From the IMG/VR virus record IMGVR_UViG_2706794676_000003: a DNA stretch of 19,182 nt, one strand, 5' to 3'. Both the position numbers and the translations under genes were made by a program. This DNA is from a virus. Taxonomy: Duplodnaviria > Heunggongvirae > Uroviricota > Caudoviricetes. Every line of letters begins with the position of its first letter. The stretch's first letter is position 1. Below, piece after piece: positions 8,708 through 16,292 of the stretch. The notes under the pieces were generated by a model. The model did no database searches. It was not told where the DNA came from and saw only the letters and a list, made by a program, of their open reading frames with translations.

Positions 8708-9685
8708 GTGAGTTCAGGTGCAAAGGTTATCTCGGCATTTATCCGGGAGACGGTTGCAGGCACTACGCCAGCAAGTGGTGACTGGAGTTTATTAAAACGC
8801 ACAAGCTGGGGAGTAAAACCCACCNNNNNNNNNNNNNNNNNNNNNNNNNNNNNNNNNNNNNNNNNNNNNNNNNNNNNNNNNNNNNNNNNNNNNNNNNNNN
8901 NNNNNNNNNNNNNNNNNNNNNNNNNNNNNNNNNNNNNNNNNNNNNNNNNNNNNNNNNNNNNNNNNNNNNNNNNNNNNNNNNNNNNNNNNNNNNNNNNNNN
9001 NNNNNNNNNNNNNNNNNNNNNNNNNNNNNNNNNNNNNNNNNNNNNNNNNNNNNNNNNNNNNNNNNNNNNNNNNNNNNNNNNAGCGCAGGTTGGCTCATGG
9101 AAAATGCAGATCCCTAACGACGGCGATATTACAGCGACCGTAACCTTTGCCGGACTGGACTGGGAATCAAAGGCCGATGATACGAATTTTATCAAAGGCG
9201 AACCTGTGGATAGTGCAGGAAAGCTACGTTATTCGTTTAAGGAGGTTTCAGCAGTAAGCCTGAATGGTGTTGCCGGAGGTAACGGTTTTTGTATCGACAG
9301 TTTTGATATTCAGTTCGATAACAAACTCCAGACACAGCGTTGTATCGGGACTGGCTCGCCTTATGCAGGAGCAAATATTCCGACTACTTTTACACCGTCC
9401 GGTACGGTGACGCTTTCATGGTCTAAAGCCGCGTGGGAAATCTGGAGTAAAACACTGACTGGAGAAACAGTTCCGTTCAGCTTCACGCTTTCGAATGGAG
9501 AGGGGGCATACACTTTCAGTTTCCCGAAGGTTCAGGTGTCAGGTGAATGGCCTGATGGGGGTAATAGCGACATTATCCAGGTTCAATTGAGCATTACCGC
9601 AGCAGATGAAGCACCTACGATAACCAGAAAAAAAAATTCCCCGGCTGCCGTGATCGCAAAAGCCAGTGCTGAGGCGATTAGTTGA
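8708..9685 (+). CDS. major tail (tube) protein (spans masked block 8825-9081)
   Basis: GTG 8708 with a perfect AGGAGG 6 nt upstream; 325-aa ORF continuous in frame through the N-run; position between the tail terminator and the G/GT chaperone genes. Confidence 0.7.
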   Translation: MSSGAKVISAFIRETVAGTTPASGDWSLLKRTSWGVKPTXXXXXXXXXXXXXXXXXXXXXXXXXXXXXXXXXXXXXXXXXXXXXXXXXXXXXXXXXXXXXXXXXXXXXXXXXXXXXXXXXXXXXXAQVGSWKMQIPNDGDITATVTFAGLDWESKADDTNFIKGEPVDSAGKLRYSFKEVSAVSLNGVAGGNGFCIDSFDIQFDNKLQTQRCIGTGSPYAGANIPTTFTPSGTVTLSWSKAAWEIWSKTLTGETVPFSFTLSNGEGAYTFSFPKVQVSGEWPDGGNSDIIQVQLSITAADEAPTITRKKNSPAAVIAKASAEAIS

Positions 9686-9733
9686 TTTTCCGTTATTCCT
9701 CCTGTGGTACTGCCCTACAGGGGGACGCATTGA

Positions 9734-10195
9734 ATGAGGTTATGGATGTTTATTCTTAATCAGAAAATTATCATTGGTGGAGAACGCTGGTTTACGCCAA
9801 TGAAGGACTTAAAACCTGTAGACGGGTTAAAACTGTTGGTGGCAAGCAGCGATAACGATCAGTATCGCTCCCGTAATGCATTAATCCGTCGCCACATTGA
9901 GAAAATGGATGCCAGTTTGCACGTCGGAACGAAGGAGTTTGATATTTCAAAGGTTTCCGAGGTGGATTCTGTTGATGATTTACTCATTGATAATGCCGCT
10001 CGTTATCTGCTGAAAGACTGGAAAGGGGTTGGTGAACTGGTTAATGGTGTTGAGGTTGCACTGGAATATACGGCAGAACGAGGGATCGCGCTGCTTAAGC
10101 AGAATCCAGAGTTGTACTGGCAGATCCTTGCAGAAGCAGCCAGCATCGCCCAGGGTAAAGAGCAGCAGAAGCAGGATACGATAAAAAAGCCATAG
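9734..10195 (+). CDS. tail assembly chaperone (lambda G analogue)
   Basis: 153-aa ORF between the major tail and tape measure genes, ending 7 nt after a slippery heptamer; G-run SD at ~9720-9724. ATG 9800 is an alternative start. Confidence 0.7.
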   Translation: MRLWMFILNQKIIIGGERWFTPMKDLKPVDGLKLLVASSDNDQYRSRNALIRRHIEKMDASLHVGTKEFDISKVSEVDSVDDLLIDNAARYLLKDWKGVGELVNGVEVALEYTAERGIALLKQNPELYWQILAEAASIAQGKEQQKQDTIKKP

Positions 10196-10503
10196 CTGCC
10201 CAGCGGTGGTTATCGGAGTTCGGGGGAGAAAGGGGGGAAAAGGCAAGATGGAAGCGAGAAAAACTCAGGTTGCCACCGATACCGGAACCAGAAATAGACC
10301 CGGTGCTTAAGGAGTTGTTGTACGCCTATTCGGTAATATCCCGTGCCCGACGTTATGCTGGAATGGCTGGGGTGCCTTTGCCTTTATCTCTGACAGAGAT
10401 AAATGAATATTTAGCCACTCATCCGGTATTGATTGAGCGCGATGAATTTGAAGCAGTGATCTTTGCACTGGATGACCAGTATTTTCAGGAGCAGTGTGTG
10501 TAG
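9734..10503 (+). CDS. tail assembly chaperone GT fusion made by programmed -1 ribosomal frameshift at 10183-10189
   Basis: The -1 frame is open from 10159 to 10503 and overlaps the end of G; a slip at A_AAA_AAG places ribosomes in that frame (..QDTIKK-AIAAQRWLSEFGGERGEK...LPPIPEPEIDPVLKELL...FQEQCV). The stand-alone T ORF in the track has only a TTG start at 10270. Confidence 0.6.
10183..10189 (+). promoter_or_regulatory. slippery heptanucleotide A_AAA_AAG for -1 frameshifting (G to GT)
   Basis: Heptamer in the X_XXY_YYZ register of the G frame (codons AUA-AAA-AAG), identical in sequence to the E. coli dnaX shift site; located 4 nt before the G stop, as in the conserved G/GT arrangement of lambda-like tails. 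Confidence 0.6.
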
Positions 10504-10623
10504 TTGTTAATTACGTACACTCTGTTACAGAGATGTGATGGTGTCTTTAATTAAATCGATGATGCTCCTGGAGAAAAGCATTGCGTGGCCTCGTAATCGC
10601 TATATCTACTATTATGTCGCCTG

Positions 10624-10648
10624 AAACCCACTTCGCGGTGGGTTTTTT
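10624..10648 (+). terminator. rho-independent terminator-like hairpin immediately upstream of the tape measure gene
   Basis: AAACCCAC (10624-10631) / TTCGCG loop / GTGGGTTT (10638-10645), a perfect 8-bp stem running into a TTTTTT tract (10643-10648); 20 nt upstream of the tape measure start codon. Confidence 0.5.
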
Positions 10649-10668
10649 GTTGTCAGGAGTTTTAATAA

Positions 10669-13600
10669 ATGGCAGAGCAAACCTCGCGTCTCGCAATAAT
10701 TATTGATAGCACTGGAGCGAAAAATAATGCTGACAATCTGACCTCCTCATTAGTCAAAATGACGCAGGCTGGGGAAACTGCTGCAAATAGCGCAGGGAAA
10801 GTGACTAAGGCAACAGAAGATGAGAAGAACGCGCTCGCAAAATTAAAAGCAGCTATTGATCCAGTTGGTGCCGCAATTGATACTGTCGGTCGACGCTATT
10901 CTGAATTAAAGAAATTTTTCGATAAAGGGCTTATTGATAAAGAAGAATATGAATTTCTTGTCCGTAAACTTAATGAAACCACAGAGGAATTGAGCGGGGT
11001 TGCGCAAGCGCAGAGAGAAGCCGAGAAGGCCGGAAAACTTGCTGCCGCCCAGCAGGAAGCGCAGGCTCAGGCCTTTCAAAGAATGCTGGACAAGATCGAC
11101 CCTCTGGCTGCGGCGCTAAGAAATCTTGAACAACAGCATGATGAACTTAATGCTGCGTTTGCATCCGGGAAAATAAATGGTTCTCAGTTTGAGAATTATA
11201 GCCGAAAAATACAGGAAACACGGCGAGAGCTTACCGGAGAGGCTCAGGCAGAGCGAGAAGCAGCAAAAGCGCATGATGAACAGGTTGTTGCTTTGCAACG
11301 TCTGATTGCTCAACTTGATCCTGTCGGAACTGCTTTTAATCGTCTGGTAGAACAACAGAAACAGCTCAATGAAGCAAAAGCTAAGGGGATGCTTTCTCCT
11401 GAAATGTATGAGGAGCTTTCTGGAAAACTTCGTGCTATGCGGAGTGAGCTTGAGGTTACTCAATCACAATTAAGCAAAACCGGAATGTCGGCAAAACAAA
11501 CGGCTTTTGCTATGCGCATGTTGCCTGTACAAATGACGGATATTGTTGTTGGGTTGTCCACTGGTCAGTCGCCATTTATGGTGTTAATGCAGCAGGGCGG
11601 CCAGCTAAAAGATATGTTCGGTGGGATTGGCCCGGCGATCAAAGGTGTAGGTTCTTATGTGCTGGGATTAATTAATCCTTTTACCCTGGCCGCAGCAGCC
11701 GTTGGGGTCTTAGGACTGGCTTACTATAAAGGCTCTCAGGAGCAGGACGAATTTAATAAATCTCTTATTCTTACCGGAAATCAGTTGGGGACAACCAGCG
11801 GGCAATTGGGCGATATAGCTCAACGTGCCGGGAATGCGGCTGATTCGACAACTGGTGCTGCGGCGGCAGTATTAAATCAGCTTGTGCGTTCGGGAAAGGT
11901 AGCGAGCAGTTCGCTGGAGCAAGTGACGACAGCGATAGTAAAAACGAGCGAAGTAACAGGAATATCAACCGAACAACTGGTTAATGACTTCAATGAAATT
12001 GCAAAGGATCCTGTCAGTGCCATATCAAAACTTAATGATCAGTACCATTTTCTGACACTTGCGACTTATAACCAGATTAAGGCGCTACAGGATGAAGGGA
12101 ACCAGCAGGAGGCCGCCCGCATTGCGACAGAAGAATACTCATCCTCAATGATCCAGCGCACCAACCAGATTAAAGAAAATCTTGGTTATCTTGAGACTGC
12201 ATGGAAAGCTGTCGCAGACTCCGCAAAATGGGCATGGGATTCCATGCTGGATATTGGCCGTGAGGCCTCCCTTGATCAAAAAATCTCAGATGTTCTCCGT
12301 CAAATTGATGAAATAGAAAAAAATACCCGACCCGGAGTTTTCGGGTTAGGTGGCATTGGAGATGGCGGAGCTCAAAATAAAAGGCTGGCACGATTAAAGC
12401 AGCAATTGGGCGTACTTCAAGCAGAAAAAATTGCTCAGGACGTACTAAATTCATCAATAAACGATTACAACAAGCGACAACAGGAAGGAATTGAACTCAG
12501 ACAGAGAGCAGATGCCTTTTCAAAACAATATCAGACCCGGGAGCAGCAGAGAGCTAGTGAACTTGCAAAACTGGAAAAGCTAAAGAATCAGTATTCAAAG
12601 GAAGAATATAATAATCTTATCGCTCAAATAAATGAGCGTTATAAAGATCCAAAGCAACCAAAGGCGAAAGGTTATTCTGATGATGCAGCCCAACGAATGA
12701 TTGATCATCTGAATCAACAGAATGCGTTACTAAGTTCACAAGCTGAGTTGACCGTTAAATTAAGTTCCTCTGAACAGGAACTGGTTAAGTGGCGTCAGCG
12801 GATTGCCGACCTAGAGTCACGACCATCATCGAAATTAACCCAGGATCAGAAATCGCTTCTCTTACACCGGGAAGAAATAACCACGTTGATGGAGAAAAAT
12901 GTTGCGATTGAAAAAAATAACAGGCTAATCAAGGAATCCGCCGAAATAACAGCATGGCGTGATTCATTGCAGGCTTCGATTGATAATCGTCAGCAGGGGT
13001 ATGATATTCAGATTGCTGGTTATGGGGTTGGCGATAAAAATCAGCAACGCCAGCAGGAATTACTGCGGATTGAACATGGATATAACAATCAGCGTCTGCA
13101 ACTTGAACGTGACTATGCAGATAAATCCCGTGGAATGTCAGATCATGTTTTTCAAGAGAAAATGCAGGCTCTGAATGATGCTCTGGAACGGGAAAAAGAA
13201 ATTGTCAGACAGAAAAACGAGCAGCTCGATATTCAGGCAGGAGACTGGGTTAGTGGTGCCTCCCAGGGATTCAATAACTGGCTGGATGACACTAAGGATA
13301 TCAGTGAGCAGATAAAATCAACCACGACTCAGATGTTTGATGGGATGACCGATGCGCTGGGTGATTTTGTCACGACAGGCAAGGCAAATTTTCGTTCTTT
13401 CGCTACTTCCGTGATTTCGGATCTTAGTCGAATAGCATTAAAGGCTTCAATTACTGGGATTTTCGACAGCATTAGTAACAGTTCTTCTGGGGGGATTTTA
13501 GGAACTATCGGGAGTGCTATTAGTAAATTTATTCCGAATGCAAAGGGCGGTGTTTATGAGTCTCCGTCATTGAGCACGTATTCGAACGGTATTTATGATT

Positions 13601-13902
13601 CCCCGCAATTTTTTGCTTTTGCAAAAGGGGCTGGTGTTTTTGGTGAGGCTGGACCGGAAGCCATTATGCCATTAACACGAACTTCCGATGGTTCTCTTGG
13701 TGTCAGAGCTATTAATAGTAAAAGTGGTAATGGAGGCGGAGATATTACCTATGCCCCTGTATACCAAATCACTATTCAAAATGACGGCCAGAATGGAGAG
13801 ATTGGCCCTCAGGCAATAAAAGCACTTATGGGGATGGTTGATCAGCGGGTGCAGGGCAATCTGTTAAATATGCGACGTGATGGGGGAATGTTAAGTGGCT
13901 AA
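10669..13902 (+). CDS. tail length tape measure protein (lambda H homologue, 1077 aa)
   Basis: Long ORF with CAGGAG SD; contains a conserved core resembling lambda H ([38 protein letters not shown]) and a lambda H-like C-terminus (..[17 protein letters not shown]...[10 protein letters not shown]); lies between G/GT and M. Confidence 0.9.
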   Translation: MAEQTSRLAIIIDSTGAKNNADNLTSSLVKMTQAGETAANSAGKVTKATEDEKNALAKLKAAIDPVGAAIDTVGRRYSELKKFFDKGLIDKEEYEFLVRKLNETTEELSGVAQAQREAEKAGKLAAAQQEAQAQAFQRMLDKIDPLAAALRNLEQQHDELNAAFASGKINGSQFENYSRKIQETRRELTGEAQAEREAAKAHDEQVVALQRLIAQLDPVGTAFNRLVEQQKQLNEAKAKGMLSPEMYEELSGKLRAMRSELEVTQSQLSKTGMSAKQTAFAMRMLPVQMTDIVVGLSTGQSPFMVLMQQGGQLKDMFGGIGPAIKGVGSYVLGLINPFTLAAAAVGVLGLAYYKGSQEQDEFNKSLILTGNQLGTTSGQLGDIAQRAGNAADSTTGAAAAVLNQLVRSGKVASSSLEQVTTAIVKTSEVTGISTEQLVNDFNEIAKDPVSAISKLNDQYHFLTLATYNQIKALQDEGNQQEAARIATEEYSSSMIQRTNQIKENLGYLETAWKAVADSAKWAWDSMLDIGREASLDQKISDVLRQIDEIEKNTRPGVFGLGGIGDGGAQNKRLARLKQQLGVLQAEKIAQDVLNSSINDYNKRQQEGIELRQRADAFSKQYQTREQQRASELAKLEKLKNQYSKEEYNNLIAQINERYKDPKQPKAKGYSDDAAQRMIDHLNQQNALLSSQAELTVKLSSSEQELVKWRQRIADLESRPSSKLTQDQKSLLLHREEITTLMEKNVAIEKNNRLIKESAEITAWRDSLQASIDNRQQGYDIQIAGYGVGDKNQQRQQELLRIEHGYNNQRLQLERDYADKSRGMSDHVFQEKMQALNDALEREKEIVRQKNEQLDIQAGDWVSGASQGFNNWLDDTKDISEQIKSTTTQMFDGMTDALGDFVTTGKANFRSFATSVISDLSRIALKASITGIFDSISNSSSGGILGTIGSAISKFIPNAKGGVYESPSLSTYSNGIYDSPQFFAFAKGAGVFGEAGPEAIMPLTRTSDGSLGVRAINSKSGNGGGDITYAPVYQITIQNDGQNGEIGPQAIKALMGMVDQRVQGNLLNMRRDGGMLSG

Positions 13903-14233
13903 TACGGAAGAATTTCACTGGTTACCAGAGGATGGAATGAAAACAGAAAATAAACCATCGATAAAAACTGTAAGATTTGGTGATGGTTATGAGCAACGAA
14001 GTCCAAATGGACTTAATCATTCTCTGCGCGTTTTCACCTGTGATTTCAAAGTTGAGGCGAATGAACGTGATTCATTTGAAAAATTTTTAGCCCGGCATGA
14101 AGGCTATAAATCTTTTTTTTGGCGCCCGCCGGGTATTAACAGAAAAATCAGAGTGGTGTGTCGAACGTGGTCAGCGACAGAACATATCACCTATACCGAT
14201 TTTTCGTGTCAGTTTGACGAAGTGGTGATCTGA
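13895..14233 (+). CDS. M: minor tail protein M (divergent lambda M homologue)
   Basis: Contains the [16 protein letters not shown] motif of lambda M; homology to the lambda M N-terminus (F-x-W...GM) extends upstream of the internal ATG 13937, favouring GTG 13895 with GGGGGA SD 7 nt upstream; stop overlaps the L start (TGATG). Confidence 0.8.
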   Translation: MANTEEFHWLPEDGMKTENKPSIKTVRFGDGYEQRSPNGLNHSLRVFTCDFKVEANERDSFEKFLARHEGYKSFFWRPPGINRKIRVVCRTWSATEHITYTDFSCQFDEVVI

Positions 14234-14931
14234 TGCAGGACATACAACAGGAAACGCTGAATGAATGCATTCGTGCGGAGCAGTCGGCCAGCGTGGTGCT
14301 CTGGGAAATCGACCTGACCGAGGTAGGCGGGGATCGCTACTTTTTCTGCAATGAGCAGAACGAGAAAGGAGAGTCTGTCACCTGGCAGAGTCGGCAGTAT
14401 CAGGCCTATCCCATTCAGGGGAGTGGATTTGAGATGAACGGCAAAGGTGCCAGTGCAAGGCCAACGCTGAAAGTCTCTAATCTGCACGGCATGGTCACCG
14501 GGATGGCGGAAGACCTGCAGAGTCTGGTCGGCGGAACGGTGGTCAGGCGTAAGGTTTACGCCCGTTTTCTGGATGCGGTGAACTTCGTCAACGGAAACAG
14601 TGACGCCGATCCGGAGCAGGAGGTGATCAGCCGCTGGCGTATTGAGCAGTGCAGCGAACTGAGCGCGGTCAGTGCCTCCTTTGTACTGTCCACGCCGACG
14701 GAAACGGACGGCGCTGTTTTTCCGGGGCGCATCATGCTTGCTAATACCTGCACCTGGACCTATCGCGGTGATGAGTGCGGTTATCACGGTCCGGCTGTCG
14801 CGGATGAATATGACCAGCNNNNNNNNNNNNNNNNNNNNNNNNNNNNNNNNNNNNNNNNNNNNNNNNNNNNNNNNNNNNNNNNNNNNNNNNNNNNNNNNNN
14901 NNNNNNNNNNNNNNNNNNNNNNNNNNNNNNN
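14233..14931 (+). CDS. L: minor tail protein L (3' end lies inside masked block 14819-15069; end inferred from a 232-aa lambda L)
   Basis: Translation [47 protein letters not shown]... matches lambda gpL almost residue for residue (from memory); the stop codon is hidden in the N-run. Confidence 0.85.
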
Positions 14932-15087
14932 NNNNNNNNNNNNNNNNNNNNNNNNNNNNNNNNNNNNNNNNNNNNNNNNNNNNNNNNNNNNNNNNNNNNN
15001 NNNNNNNNNNNNNNNNNNNNNNNNNNNNNNNNNNNNNNNNNNNNNNNNNNNNNNNNNNNNNNNNNNNNNCCGGAGGAGTATTTCCGG

Positions 15088-15687
15088 ATGGCTCCGGAGG
15101 ACTGGCTGCAGGCAGAGATGCAGGGTGAGATTGTGGCGCTGGTCCACAGCCACCCCGGTGGTCTGCCCTGGCTGAGTGAGGCCGACCGGCGGCTGCAGGT
15201 GCAGAGTGATTTGTCGTGGTGGCTGGTCTGCCGCGGGGCGATTCACAAGTTCCGCTGTGTGCCGCATCTCACCGGGCGGCGCTTTGAGCACGGGGTGACG
15301 GACTGTTACACGCTGTTCCGGGACGCTTACCATCTGGCGGGAATTGAGATGCCAGATTTTCATCGTGAGGACGACTGGTGGCGTAATGGTCAGAATCTCT
15401 ATCTGGATAATCTGGAGGCTACAGGGCTGTATCAGGTGCCGTTGTCAACGGCGCAGCCGGGCGATGTGCTGCTGTGCTGTTTTGGTTCATCGGTGCCGAA
15501 TCATGCCGCCATTTACTGTGGTGACGGCGAGCTGCTGCACCATATTCCTGAACAACTGAGCAAACGAGAGAGGTATACCGACAAATGGCAGCGACGCACA
15601 CACTCCCTCTGGCGTCACCGGGCATGGCACGCATCTGCCTTTACGGGGATTTGCAGCGATTTGGCCGCCGCATCGACCTTCGTGTGA
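15088..15687 (+). CDS. K: tail tip assembly protein K (JAMM/MPN plus NlpC/P60-like)
   Basis: ATG 15088 with GGAGGA SD gives a 199-aa product (MAPEDWLQAEMQGEIVALVHSHPGG...AASTFV), the same length and near-identical sequence as lambda gpK; HSHP motif visible; 3' end overlaps I by 103 nt as in lambda. Confidence 0.85.
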   Translation: MAPEDWLQAEMQGEIVALVHSHPGGLPWLSEADRRLQVQSDLSWWLVCRGAIHKFRCVPHLTGRRFEHGVTDCYTLFRDAYHLAGIEMPDFHREDDWWRNGQNLYLDNLEATGLYQVPLSTAQPGDVLLCCFGSSVPNHAAIYCGDGELLHHIPEQLSKRERYTDKWQRRTHSLWRHRAWHASAFTGICSDLAAASTFV

Positions 15688-16232
15688 AAACGGGGGCCGA
15701 AGCCATCCGGGCACTGGCCACACAGCTCCCGGCATTTCGTCAGAAACTGAGCGACGGCTGGTATCAGGTGCGCATTGCCGGGCGTGATGCAGGCGAAAAT
15801 GAATTATCTGCCCGTCTTAATGAACCGCTGGCAAATGGTGCCGTGATCCACATCGTTCCGCGTCTGGCGGGTGCCAAAAGTGGCGGTGTGTTTCAGGCGG
15901 TGCTGGGTGCGGCGCTGATTGCGGTGGCATGGTGGAACCCTGTGGGCTGGCTGGGGGCCGCGGCTGTATCGGGTATGTATGCAGCAGGGGCCAGTATGAT
16001 CCTGGGTGGTGTGGCGCAGATGCTGGCACCGAAAGCCAGGACGCCCACGGCAGCCAGTACAGATAACGGCAAACAGAACACGTATTTCTCGTCACTGGAT
16101 AACATGGTTGCCCAGGGTAATGTTCTGCCTGTTCTGTACGGGGAAATGCGCGTGGGGTCACGTGTGGTTTCTCAGGAGATCAGCACGGCAGACGAAGGGG
16201 ATGGTGGTCAGGTTGTGGTGATTGGTCGCTGA
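15585..16232 (+). CDS. I: tail tip assembly protein I
   Basis: MAATHTLPLASPGMARICLYGDLQRFGRRIDLRVKTGAEAIRALATQLPAFRQKLSDGWYQVRIAGRD... and the C-terminus ..NVLPVLYGEMRVGSRVVSQEISTADEGDGGQVVVIGR match lambda gpI (from memory); the middle portion differs and the product is 215 aa. Confidence 0.9.
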   Translation: MAATHTLPLASPGMARICLYGDLQRFGRRIDLRVKTGAEAIRALATQLPAFRQKLSDGWYQVRIAGRDAGENELSARLNEPLANGAVIHIVPRLAGAKSGGVFQAVLGAALIAVAWWNPVGWLGAAAVSGMYAAGASMILGGVAQMLAPKARTPTAASTDNGKQNTYFSSLDNMVAQGNVLPVLYGEMRVGSRVVSQEISTADEGDGGQVVVIGR

Positions 16233-16250
16233 TGCAAAATGTTTTATGAG

Positions 16251-16277
16251 AAACCGCCTGCGGGCGGTTTTGTCGTT
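16251..16277 (+). terminator. terminator-like hairpin between I and J
   Basis: AAACCGCC (16251-16258) / TGCG loop / GGCGGTTT (16263-16270), a perfect 8-bp stem followed by TGTCGTTT (interrupted U-tract); sits in the 60-nt I-J spacer. Confidence 0.45.
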
Positions 16278-16292
16278 TATGGAGCGTGAGGA

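Noticed and set aside
10270-10503. Stand-alone 77-aa ORF between G and the tape measure gene
   Set aside because: Its only start is a TTG without SD and its frame is open upstream into the end of G; better explained as the T part of a G/GT frameshift product than as an independent gene.
11116-11463. 115-aa minus-strand ORF within the tape measure gene
   Set aside because: Antisense to the conserved tape measure coding region; leucine/phenylalanine-rich translation typical of reverse-strand reading of AT-rich coding DNA.
14209-15363. 384-aa minus-strand ORF opposite L and K
   Set aside because: Antisense to near-lambda-identical L and K; much of its length is X from the masked block; proline/arginine-rich low-complexity translation typical of antisense GC-rich DNA.
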